Positions 19,432-28,523 of a stretch of 50,896 nucleotides of DNA are shown piece after piece (the first letter of the stretch is position 1; every line of letters starts with the position of its first letter). The stretch is from a virus (taxonomy: Duplodnaviria; Caudoviricetes), in the IMG/VR virus record IMGVR_UViG_3300012665_000657, positions 1-50,896 of that record; one strand, written 5' to 3'. The notes beneath the pieces are model-generated. The model was not told where the DNA came from, ran no database searches, and saw only the letters and a program-made list of their open reading frames with translations. The translations under genes and the position numbers were made by a program.

Positions 19432-20921
19432 TGTCTACTTTTGATGTTATAATGCTTACAGATACTGCTACCTTCCCTCATTGGTCAAGGGGATATGGTG
19501 CTCACCGAATCGCTGATCATTTAAGACAGCACGGGTTCAGTGTACTTGTATTAGATTTTTCATCAGCACTAACATTTGATGTATGGCAGCAGATATGCAA
19601 CTTAGCTATAGGTGATAATACACAAATGGTTGGATTTTCTTCTACTTGGTGGCCCTACAGAACTCCGTTTGAGAAAAATAAAAATCCTGAATTTAGAATA
19701 TCTAATATTGATTGGTTAGCAGAAATAGGTAGCAGCCCTAATATACTCAAAGACACACTTACTTTTAGTGCAATTCAAGGTGATTGCCAACCGTGGATTG
19801 ATGTTGTTAAAGTTAAAAATAAAAAAATAAAAATAGTGCTAGGCGGTCCTAAATTAGATTGGTATTTAGATTTTCCTGCTGATTATTTTATTAATGGATT
19901 GGGAGAGAATCAAATTATTGATTTACTAACTCAACCCAAACGCATCTGGCCTCCTGTACTACAGCATGATATAAATTCTAATCTTAGAGAATGGGGTTGG
20001 AGAGAAAGCTGTACTAGATATACAAAATATGATCAAATAAAATCAGATGAAATTTTAAATTTAGAAATAGCCAGAGGCTGTAAGTTTAAATGCAACTTTT
20101 GTTCGTTTCCTTTAATAGGCCAAAAAGACGTTGCTGGTTATTTAAAAACAGAAGAAACTATATATCAAGAACTACTGCGTAATTACGAGCAATGGGGAGT
20201 TACAAAATACTTTGTAGCGGATGACACTTTTAACGACTCTATTGAAAAATTAGAAATGATGGTAAGGATACAAAATCGATTACCATTTAATTTTGAATTC
20301 AAAGCCTATATAAGAGTTGATGTGATTGCTACACAGCCTGCACAGATAGAACTATTATATGCAGCAGGTCTAAGATCATGCTATATAGGTATAGAATCAT
20401 TTCATCCTAGTGCATCTAAATTTGCCGGTAAAGGCATGGATCCTACCAAGCGAAAACAAGCATTATATGCTATGCAAAAGGCTTGGGGAGATCGTGTATC
20501 CATCAACGGAGGATACATCGTAGGACTGTTAGGTGAAGACGAGGCATTTTTAAGACAAGAAGCAGAATGGTTTGCTCAGTTAGACTGCCCAGTTAATTAC
20601 GGAGTTTCTTTTATCGGACTAGTAATACATCCGGTTAAAGAAGGCTCGTATACATATCCCAGTGCCATTGACAAAGATCCCGGGTCATTCGGGTATACAT
20701 TCCCTGATAGTTCTCGACCTAGTCATTGGGTTAAGGATGATGGCACAGATATAACTAATTACAAACGTGCAGTAGAATTAGCAGACGAATTAAACACATA
20801 TGTTTGGGGAGTTCGTGGTCCTACTCGCGATAATGTTGATTACAAAGAAGGTGCTATTGTAGATCCTCTGAGTGATTATTTTATGCCTTTGATAAAAATG
20901 CTGGAAGATATTAATGACTAA
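19431..20921 (+). CDS. Cobalamin-binding-type radical SAM protein
   Basis: VGFSST, IVLGGP, GLGE, EIARGCKFKCNFC, DDTFN, GIES, YIVGL. Confidence 0.85.
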   Translation: MSTFDVIMLTDTATFPHWSRGYGAHRIADHLRQHGFSVLVLDFSSALTFDVWQQICNLAIGDNTQMVGFSSTWWPYRTPFEKNKNPEFRISNIDWLAEIGSSPNILKDTLTFSAIQGDCQPWIDVVKVKNKKIKIVLGGPKLDWYLDFPADYFINGLGENQIIDLLTQPKRIWPPVLQHDINSNLREWGWRESCTRYTKYDQIKSDEILNLEIARGCKFKCNFCSFPLIGQKDVAGYLKTEETIYQELLRNYEQWGVTKYFVADDTFNDSIEKLEMMVRIQNRLPFNFEFKAYIRVDVIATQPAQIELLYAAGLRSCYIGIESFHPSASKFAGKGMDPTKRKQALYAMQKAWGDRVSINGGYIVGLLGEDEAFLRQEAEWFAQLDCPVNYGVSFIGLVIHPVKEGSYTYPSAIDKDPGSFGYTFPDSSRPSHWVKDDGTDITNYKRAVELADELNTYVWGVRGPTRDNVDYKEGAIVDPLSDYFMPLIKMLEDIND

Positions 20922-21468
20922 GTTTTTAGGAAATACAAGTAGAATCATAGATTGGGACAGTGTTATCAATACTGTTGCTCATCAAGTTCCTGCGTATATT
21001 GGTCCGAGGCATTCTAAAGAAGATAACATCGTAGGTATACAAGAGATGGACAAGCTCTGGAATGATGCAGGATTTATATCAATTAACAATGGCGGCAATT
21101 CCGGCTGGGATATGTTTTTTCCAGGGCAGCACTTTGACCAATCAGTTGTAGATATATTTTCAGACTTTGTAAATGCAACTCCTATGAGCTGTTGGATTAG
21201 TAGAATACATCCTGGAAACATGACCCCTTGGCATTGGGACTGCAATGACAATGAAGACGAATATCGAAAGATGCCTAAAATGATTAGATTAACATGTCAT
21301 ATAAGCAAACCACAAGTAGGACATGTATCTATGATAGAAGATACATGCTTATATTTTCAAGAGCAAGGAAATGTATGGCAGTGGCCAGATCGTACTAGTT
21401 GGCATGGTGGTACCAACTGCGGATTTACTCCTAAGTATCTTTTTAACTTTTTTGGAACGTTGAGATGA
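20914..21468 (+). CDS. Asp/Asn beta-hydroxylase-like 2OG-Fe(II) oxygenase
   Basis: WISRIHPGNMTPWHWD...SWHGGTNCG. Confidence 0.75.
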   Translation: MTKFLGNTSRIIDWDSVINTVAHQVPAYIGPRHSKEDNIVGIQEMDKLWNDAGFISINNGGNSGWDMFFPGQHFDQSVVDIFSDFVNATPMSCWISRIHPGNMTPWHWDCNDNEDEYRKMPKMIRLTCHISKPQVGHVSMIEDTCLYFQEQGNVWQWPDRTSWHGGTNCGFTPKYLFNFFGTLR

Positions 21469-22025
21469 AGTACATAGGAACTACTAACAATATTATTAAT
21501 TGGCAAAGTATAGTAAAGAAGTTAGATACTATGACCCCTGCGCATACTGGACCAGACAATAGCCTAGGCGATGAATCGATAGTCGATGGTTTTAAAATAG
21601 AAAAACTATGGAAAGATGCAGGAGTAAAATCAGTATCAGCAGGCGGTAGTAATCAGTGGGACATGTTTATAATAAACGACCATTTTGACAAATCAATCGT
21701 TGACGTGTTCTGTAACTTTGTTAATGCTGATGTTACCCACTGTTGGATTAGCCGACTCGAACCCGGAAACATGGCACACTGGCATTGGGATACCAGTAGT
21801 ATTTCTCAACAAGCAGAGTTTGATAAAGTAACTAATATGGTTAGATATTGTTGTTTTATAACTAAGCCGCAACCCGGACATGTGTTTATGATAGAAGATT
21901 ATTGTTTTTATAATCAAGAACAGGGAGCGGTATGGCAGTGGCCTAGTCGCACAAGTTGGCACGCCGGTACTAACTTTGGATTTGAAAACAAATATCTTTT
22001 TAACTTTTTCGGGCCAGCAAGATGA
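21465..22025 (+). CDS. Asp/Asn beta-hydroxylase-like 2OG-Fe(II) oxygenase (tandem duplicate)
   Basis: WISRLEPGNMAHWHWD...SWHAGTNFG; co-linear with the previous gene. Confidence 0.75.
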   Translation: MKYIGTTNNIINWQSIVKKLDTMTPAHTGPDNSLGDESIVDGFKIEKLWKDAGVKSVSAGGSNQWDMFIINDHFDKSIVDVFCNFVNADVTHCWISRLEPGNMAHWHWDTSSISQQAEFDKVTNMVRYCCFITKPQPGHVFMIEDYCFYNQEQGAVWQWPSRTSWHAGTNFGFENKYLFNFFGPAR

Positions 22026-22582
22026 AATGTATTGTAACAGGACATACTAGCGGAGTAGGCAAAGCAATCTACGATCACTTTCTATCTAAAGGATGGGATG
22101 TTCGGGGAATGAGCCGAAGCAACGGATATGATATTAGTATTGATCAAGGTCGTATTGTTAGTGAAACAACAGGATGCGATATATTTGTAAATTGTGCGTA
22201 TGCAGGCGATGCTCAAACAGAACTATTAGACAAGCTGAAAGATAAGGTAAAGAGCATAATTGTTATAGGATCGGTTGCTGCTGACTGGGCAATAATATGG
22301 AAAGACTACGGCAAGTGCAAAGAGAGGTTACAAGATAAGTGTAAAGAGATATCGCTTGAAGATAATATAGCGTATGCTAACATCTTTTATCTTAAACTAG
22401 CATTTTGCGAAAATACAGAATGGCCTATATTTGTTGACGACAAATATAAAGTATCATTTGTTGATTTAATGAAAATAATAGATATGTGGATTGAAGTTCC
22501 AAAGATATTTTCAGTGGAGTTTACCTTAAAGAAAACTTCAGAAATAATGGATTACGCTAGGAGTAAAAATCCACATGACTAA
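22022..22582 (+). CDS. Short-chain dehydrogenase/reductase
   Basis: TGHTSGVG Rossmann motif, FVNCA, IGS, YGKCK (YxxxK). Confidence 0.85.
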   Translation: MKCIVTGHTSGVGKAIYDHFLSKGWDVRGMSRSNGYDISIDQGRIVSETTGCDIFVNCAYAGDAQTELLDKLKDKVKSIIVIGSVAADWAIIWKDYGKCKERLQDKCKEISLEDNIAYANIFYLKLAFCENTEWPIFVDDKYKVSFVDLMKIIDMWIEVPKIFSVEFTLKKTSEIMDYARSKNPHD

Positions 22583-24152
22583 AATTATAATTGTAGGCGG
22601 CGGCACAGCCGGTTGGATGACGGCGGCATGGTTGATTAAAAAAAATAAAAATGTTTCAATAACAGTAATTGAAAGTCCCGAAATTCCAAAGATCGGAGTA
22701 GGAGAAAGTGTAACACCGCATGTAGCTAATTTCTTTATGGGACTAGATGTTCCCGAGGAACACTGGATGTACCACACTGGCGCTATCTATAAATTAGCTA
22801 ATAAGTTTGTTAATTGGAAAACAAACACCAGTGACGCTGAATATTTTAGCTTTAACTACACAAGTGACTCTCGACTATTTTACAAAGAAAATAGTGTACC
22901 ATTAACGATGACTGATTGGCAAATTAAAAATCTAAGATCATCGGATGTACTATTAGACTTATGTAATCAAGGTAAGATTAATAAGTTTGGTGATCATTTC
23001 CATACGCAGTATCATTACATGGAACAGAATCGTGCACCGTTTATTAATAACGAATATTTACTTAACCCATTGCTTAGTTGGAGCCACCATATAAATGCTG
23101 AGTTGACTGCAGAATACATTCGAGATCATATCGCCGTTCCGTCGGGTGTTACTCATATTAAGGCCAAAGTAGTAGATGCTAGTACGCAAGGTGAAAACAT
23201 TACATCAGTTAGTTTAGAAGACGGCAGAGTAATTGACGGTGATGTATTTGTAGATTGTACAGGGTTTAGAAGATTACTAGCAACTAAGTTAGGATGGAAA
23301 ATTAAAGAGTACAATGATGCCGCAGTCGATCGAGCATGGGTTTGTCAAATCGATTATAATGATCGAGAGAACGAAATGGTTAATTATAGTCAAACTATTG
23401 CACAACCCCATGGATGGATGTTTAGAATTAGTCTATATCATCGAATGGGCACTGGATATATTTTTAGTTCTAATCATACTACTGAAGAAAAAGCCAGGGA
23501 ACACTTTCTTGATCAAATAGGTGACATGGATCGTAGGTTTGATCCTAAGTTAATTAAATGGACTCCTAGTAGATTAGAACATGCTGCTAAAGGAAATACA
23601 GTAGCAGTGGGTTTGAGTTTTGGTTTTGTTGAGCCTATGGAGGCCAATGCACTTTACACTATTATTACTACTATTGGTAAGTTAAGTGAAGCACTAGATA
23701 ATAACTTAGACTTTACTTTACTAAACAAGAATGTGTGTTATAGTATGGACGATATTGCCGACTTCGCAATGGTACACTACAGTCTAAGTCAACGTACTGG
23801 TACTGATTTTTGGAGTGATATGAGAAGTCGTAATGTTAGTAATAGTCATATCGATCTACTGCATAGTAAGTATACTAGTCCTATGCACTCGATGTCTAGT
23901 TGTATCGACGGCACTACCTTATTTCCTGATTACATGTGGGCTCACTTAGCACAAGCATGGGGAGTTGATACAAGTTCGTGGAACATCAAAGCCGACAAAG
24001 TAACACAGGATCTTGCTAGACTCTATTATGAATACCAGTATAGTAAACACAAGTTGGCTAGTAGTATGTGTGATAACAATTATGTGTGGTTAAAAAAGAA
24101 TCGATTTAAAGACTTAAACCCTCAAGAATGGGAACGCTTAATAAGAAGTTAG
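22575..24152 (+). CDS. Flavin-dependent halogenase (tryptophan halogenase family)
   Basis: GGGTAG, IGVGES, AIYK, FVDCTG, GWMFRI, FVEPMEA. Confidence 0.9.
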   Translation: MTKIIIVGGGTAGWMTAAWLIKKNKNVSITVIESPEIPKIGVGESVTPHVANFFMGLDVPEEHWMYHTGAIYKLANKFVNWKTNTSDAEYFSFNYTSDSRLFYKENSVPLTMTDWQIKNLRSSDVLLDLCNQGKINKFGDHFHTQYHYMEQNRAPFINNEYLLNPLLSWSHHINAELTAEYIRDHIAVPSGVTHIKAKVVDASTQGENITSVSLEDGRVIDGDVFVDCTGFRRLLATKLGWKIKEYNDAAVDRAWVCQIDYNDRENEMVNYSQTIAQPHGWMFRISLYHRMGTGYIFSSNHTTEEKAREHFLDQIGDMDRRFDPKLIKWTPSRLEHAAKGNTVAVGLSFGFVEPMEANALYTIITTIGKLSEALDNNLDFTLLNKNVCYSMDDIADFAMVHYSLSQRTGTDFWSDMRSRNVSNSHIDLLHSKYTSPMHSMSSCIDGTTLFPDYMWAHLAQAWGVDTSSWNIKADKVTQDLARLYYEYQYSKHKLASSMCDNNYVWLKKNRFKDLNPQEWERLIRS

Positions 24153-24938
24153 GTGATCAATTCCAAGTTTCTTGCGGAATGCTTCTGTAAACTTTCCATC
24201 AATACGCAGGCTATAACTCTGTTCCATAATTTTTTCACCACCGTGCCAGTCTACATCATTCCACCAAGCGGCCCTGGTATTAAGATATACTTTGTTTTTA
24301 TTCTCTGGATCCCACAAGTAAAAGGCTTTCTTAGTGTTGGGACGAACGTGTATAAATTCATTTCGATGCGGCTTAACAATATTAACACCGTTTTTAGCAT
24401 CTAAGTCTCTGTGTTCAAAAGGAATACCATCTGCTTCACAGTGAAAGAATATAACACGGCCAATATCCTCAAATACAGTACCTACTAGACTCTCAACCCA
24501 CTTAACCACATTAGGAAAGTACGCAGCCTCATCTGTGAGTTTGCGAGGTGCAGTGCGATCATCCCAAGATCCTTCTTCCCAAAGGAAATAGTATATGTAA
24601 GGATCGTAAGCACCCATTGCCATTTTTAGATAACGAGTGAATTTATTACGTTGTTTGTAGTTATTAAAATCTTTAAAAAGATCTATACCGCCTTGATAGA
24701 TAGGATCGTCTTTAGGTAACGCCATAAACTCATCCATGGCTTGATATATAGGCTTCCAAGATAATTTATAGCTCATGTTATCAAAGGTAAATCCAGGCTT
24801 CATCCATGTACCTTCTTTAGCAAACTCACGTGCTTCTGCGAACCCACGTAGAATCTCTGGTTGCATTTTTTCAAATGCTCTCATGTCTAAGTGTTGTTCC
24901 ATATCGAAATATGGTTGATTGTTAATTCCCTGTATCAT
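24138..24938 (-). CDS. 2OG-Fe(II)/cupin oxygenase-like protein
   Basis: GRVIFF..PFEHRD...DWHGG..SLRIDG. Confidence 0.6.
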   Translation of the reverse strand: MIQGINNQPYFDMEQHLDMRAFEKMQPEILRGFAEAREFAKEGTWMKPGFTFDNMSYKLSWKPIYQAMDEFMALPKDDPIYQGGIDLFKDFNNYKQRNKFTRYLKMAMGAYDPYIYYFLWEEGSWDDRTAPRKLTDEAAYFPNVVKWVESLVGTVFEDIGRVIFFHCEADGIPFEHRDLDAKNGVNIVKPHRNEFIHVRPNTKKAFYLWDPENKNKVYLNTRAAWWNDVDWHGGEKIMEQSYSLRIDGKFTEAFRKKLGIDHLTSY

Positions 24939-24943
24939 GATTA

Positions 24944-24974
24944 TATTTAGTATGTGGTATTGCCTTCATAAATA
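24944..24974. promoter_or_regulatory. Divergent late promoter cores
   Basis: TAAATA on minus strand 24944-24949 and plus strand 24969-24974. Confidence 0.6.
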
Positions 24975-24995
24975 CTTCGTGAATAAGGACTATGC

Positions 24996-25496
24996 ATGTC
25001 AGCTTTGAGATTTATTGGAAATTACGCAGATTGGATTAATCCAGAATGGATTGATTATTTTAAAAATAATCAAGGACAAGCTAGACCTCCTTCTTGCCCG
25101 GTAGATGAATACCATACTCTTGTGTATAAAAAAGCAAGCGAATCTGGGTATGATATGAATGCTGTACATTTTTGGTATTTTAAACATACTGATGTTCCCT
25201 TTGATATTAAACCGCCTTGGTTGACTAGTGACAATTATTATTGGTGGATGGTAAAAATGATGCCAGCTCAATACATGAATATGCATAAAGATCCCGATGT
25301 AGAAAAGAATGTTATTCGATATTGGATGCCTTGGACTGACTACGAAGAAGGCCATGTTTTTATAATCAATAATGAACTAGTGACTAACTACAAAGCCGGC
25401 GATGTATTCGCATACACCGAACAAGATGCATATCACGGATCTTCTAATATTGGATATACAACTAGATATGTATTTCAGGTTTCGGAGTTTTTTTAA
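24996..25496 (+). CDS. Asp/Asn beta-hydroxylase-like 2OG-Fe(II) oxygenase
   Basis: KMMPAQYMNMHKD...GHVF...YHGSSNIG..R. Confidence 0.7.
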   Translation: MSALRFIGNYADWINPEWIDYFKNNQGQARPPSCPVDEYHTLVYKKASESGYDMNAVHFWYFKHTDVPFDIKPPWLTSDNYYWWMVKMMPAQYMNMHKDPDVEKNVIRYWMPWTDYEEGHVFIINNELVTNYKAGDVFAYTEQDAYHGSSNIGYTTRYVFQVSEFF

Positions 25497-26185
25497 TGGC
25501 AGATTACGAATATTATTATAATAATGTGCCCGGCCATGGCCCGTGTAGAAATAACTTAATATATACAAGTCTTATATCTAGAGATAAAAAGACATTCGTA
25601 CAGTGGTATCATAATGATACCGAATATCACAAGGGACAGAACCAAGTAGTTGATCCTTCTCAAATGGAAGCTAAGTGGTTACGTGAAATTAACTATCTTA
25701 CACAGATGCGCAACAGATACCCGCATCTAGTTCCTACTATAAAAAATATTGATCTAGCATCACGAAAATTATATTTAGAAATAGACGGACCGGACTTCTG
25801 GGAACAAGCGGGCTGTTTAACTGAAAACTATGATAGTGTTTTACCTGATTGGCAAGATCAAATGATCGATATTATTAAAGCACATAAAAGTTTAGGGTTA
25901 TACAAGTACAGTATGCATCCTAGCAGTTATTTTATAGTGGATGGAAAACTAAAAAGTATTAACTATTTTTTCTGTTATAAAAATACTGAGACTAATTTTA
26001 GTATCAAAGATGTTGAAAGTCATATCTATTCAACTCGCCAATCTGAAATGCGAAAACATATAGAAAGTTTAGGAATAGAATGGGACACACCCCAATCGTT
26101 TGAATTGTTGGAACAACTATGCTGGACTAGTTTTAGAACTAACTATCCTGCAGACTTTATAGAGAGGGTAAAATGTTTAGAATAG
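25496..26185 (+). CDS. Protein-kinase-fold-like protein (probable pseudokinase)
   Basis: REINYL..LVPTI, YKYSMHPSSYF..KSINYF. Confidence 0.55.
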   Translation: MADYEYYYNNVPGHGPCRNNLIYTSLISRDKKTFVQWYHNDTEYHKGQNQVVDPSQMEAKWLREINYLTQMRNRYPHLVPTIKNIDLASRKLYLEIDGPDFWEQAGCLTENYDSVLPDWQDQMIDIIKAHKSLGLYKYSMHPSSYFIVDGKLKSINYFFCYKNTETNFSIKDVESHIYSTRQSEMRKHIESLGIEWDTPQSFELLEQLCWTSFRTNYPADFIERVKCLE

Positions 26186-26739
26186 TGCCCTGGTCTTCTG
26201 ATTTAGATCTGACACAGTTTTATCTAGAAGCTTCTAAACGAGGATTTGAAAATAACGCTACAGAAAAAATGCTAGTTGACAGTTTTAATAATGAACGTGA
26301 AAAGCAAGTATGGATTTTATATTCTAACAACGATCCGATAGGTAGTGTAGCTGCACACAGTTTTGATGAAGTTATGGGTATTAATTCATACCGTATTGCT
26401 GCACGTACATGTGTGTTTACGGACAAGATAAAAAATAGTTACGGAACGGCCTTGAGGACAAAAAATGTTATTATCGAAAATCAAAATCCAACTGCTCAAT
26501 TTTTAATACCCGCTTGTATAGAGTGGGCTCCTAAAGGCAGTAGACTTTATATTACAAGCAATCAAAGTAATGTAGGAACACAGCGTAGGGTACATAACAT
26601 ATTTGGTCCTCTGATGGAACGGCAAGGAATGATGAAACGAATTAAAGAGATTGAATACCGGGGACATTTACAAACTATTTGGGAATTATTTCCAGATAAA
26701 TTTTATGAAATATTGAACAAGTATCCGAGGTGGGAATAA
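26173..26739 (+). CDS. Hypothetical protein, possible GNAT-fold
   Basis: WILY...IGSVAAH..YRIAARTC strand pattern; coupled ORF. Confidence 0.5.
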   Translation: MFRIVPWSSDLDLTQFYLEASKRGFENNATEKMLVDSFNNEREKQVWILYSNNDPIGSVAAHSFDEVMGINSYRIAARTCVFTDKIKNSYGTALRTKNVIIENQNPTAQFLIPACIEWAPKGSRLYITSNQSNVGTQRRVHNIFGPLMERQGMMKRIKEIEYRGHLQTIWELFPDKFYEILNKYPRWE

Positions 26740-27335
26740 TGAAAAAATATAAAGTATTTGATTATAAGATAGCAAGAACACATTGTGATGATGAATTAAT
26801 ATACAAGAATCCTAAAATAGTCTCGGGATTAGATAAGTTATTTTCTGATCCTAACCTGTGTCCATGTTTGGATGATCAAAATGGAGAAGGAATTAGTACT
26901 TTTAGACTTAATGATTATTTTTTGTTTAATGACGTAGACGGTATTGATCCTTTCAAACAGTGGTTCGAGGAACAGGCATTAGCAGTATGTGAATATTTCA
27001 ATCAACCAGATGCAACAGGAATTACTTATTTTAGAGCATGGACAAATAAAATATTCAAAGGATGTTCTGGAAATGTACATGATCACGATCCGGATAGTCA
27101 TGCAATGGCATTATTTTATCCCTTGGCTCCGCACGGTAGTGCAGATTTTGGATTAGTAAAAGACGGCTGGCCTCACGCAAAAAATAATGAAATACTTCCT
27201 GAAAATATTGCTTGGCAGGAAGTTCGAGAAGGAGACTTACTGTTCCACGAAACTACTGCATGGCATACTGTCTCAGAACATACCGCTGAAGATCCTAGAA
27301 TAGTTTTTGTAATAGAGTTTAGTTATACAAAATAA
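26739..27335 (+). CDS. Putative 2OG-Fe(II) oxygenase (HxH type)
   Basis: AWTN..G..VHDH...EGDLLF..WHTV..RIV. Confidence 0.8.
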   Translation: MKKYKVFDYKIARTHCDDELIYKNPKIVSGLDKLFSDPNLCPCLDDQNGEGISTFRLNDYFLFNDVDGIDPFKQWFEEQALAVCEYFNQPDATGITYFRAWTNKIFKGCSGNVHDHDPDSHAMALFYPLAPHGSADFGLVKDGWPHAKNNEILPENIAWQEVREGDLLFHETTAWHTVSEHTAEDPRIVFVIEFSYTK

Positions 27336-27336
27336 A

Positions 27337-28488
27337 ATGACAATTATTCAAAATATTAACCAGTTCAAACCTCATTTGATAGAAAAAATTATCGATGAGG
27401 TAAAAAGAGTTTCAGGTAAGCTATTGTTGCCAACTGTTAGCTTATGTGAGCATTGTCATTATCATGTTCCTGCATATAGATACGAGTTAGATAATAAAAT
27501 CTATATTTGCAAGCATTGTGCAATACACGGATTTAGTCACAATCAGATTGAAAGTGATGCTGAGTTTTACTACAAATTAGAATACACTACTGGAACTATG
27601 TGGAACTTTGATAATTATATCCTTACCGAAGTTACTGATCGATGCAATCTCGAATGTCCGCATTGTTATCACTTACCCGATAATAAAATAAAAGATGAAT
27701 CCCTTACTAGTATCCTTGAAAGAGTTAAGCAATATCATCCTAGTATATATCATGTTATTTTAGCAGGTGCAGAATCTAGCTTAAGAAAAGACATCGATCA
27801 ACTAGTGACTGAAATTTATAAATTAGGACGCTTGCCGCAAATACTAACTAATGGTGTTAGATTTGCAGATGAGAATTTTGTAAAAGGATTAGCGGCAACT
27901 AATGCAGGAATGACGGTGACATTTGGGCTCAATCACCCTTCGTATCTAAACAACGAAACTATACGAAACAAACAAATTAGAGGAATATTAAATGTAAGAG
28001 ATCAGCTTGACGCTGTATCATATGTAGGATATACTATGGTTTCTCTAGACGAACTTGATTATATTTTAACAGAAATTACAACAACTGATTGGTGCGATCA
28101 TTCTAGGATTAGATCCGGTAGTGAGATAGGGCGGAATGCAACCGAAGGGCCTATTTTTGTAAGCGATGTTTTTAAAGCAGCAAAACAATGGGCAGAAACT
28201 AATAACCGATCGTTTGAAGTTCTGCCAGCCGACAACAATATATATCATGTGGTGGTTAAAATTGGCAGTAAGACTATTCGACTTATACACTGGTGTGATG
28301 AAACTAATATCGATATGGAAGAACTGCGGACCGGACCTTGGTGCGATTTTGTGCCAGACGGCATTACTAATTTCTTACATCAGGTCATACGAAGAGATGT
28401 CTGGAAAAATAATAAAATAATTTTACCTGATTCGCCACCTTTACGATATCAGCTGGAACATTTTAAAAATAATGATCCGATATTTTAG
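27337..28488 (+). CDS. Radical SAM protein with Tes/MJ0619-like N-terminal metal ribbon
   Basis: SLCEHC...IYICKHCAIHG, EVTDRCNLECPHC, TNG. Confidence 0.85.
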   Translation: MTIIQNINQFKPHLIEKIIDEVKRVSGKLLLPTVSLCEHCHYHVPAYRYELDNKIYICKHCAIHGFSHNQIESDAEFYYKLEYTTGTMWNFDNYILTEVTDRCNLECPHCYHLPDNKIKDESLTSILERVKQYHPSIYHVILAGAESSLRKDIDQLVTEIYKLGRLPQILTNGVRFADENFVKGLAATNAGMTVTFGLNHPSYLNNETIRNKQIRGILNVRDQLDAVSYVGYTMVSLDELDYILTEITTTDWCDHSRIRSGSEIGRNATEGPIFVSDVFKAAKQWAETNNRSFEVLPADNNIYHVVVKIGSKTIRLIHWCDETNIDMEELRTGPWCDFVPDGITNFLHQVIRRDVWKNNKIILPDSPPLRYQLEHFKNNDPIF

Positions 28489-28492
28489 TCAT

Positions 28493-28520
28493 AAAAAAAG
28501 GCAACTTAAAGTTGCCTTTT
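28493..28520. terminator. Bidirectional intrinsic terminator
   Basis: AAAAAAAGGCAACT-TAA-AGTTGCCTTTT between convergent genes. Confidence 0.85.
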
Positions 28521-28523
28521 ATA

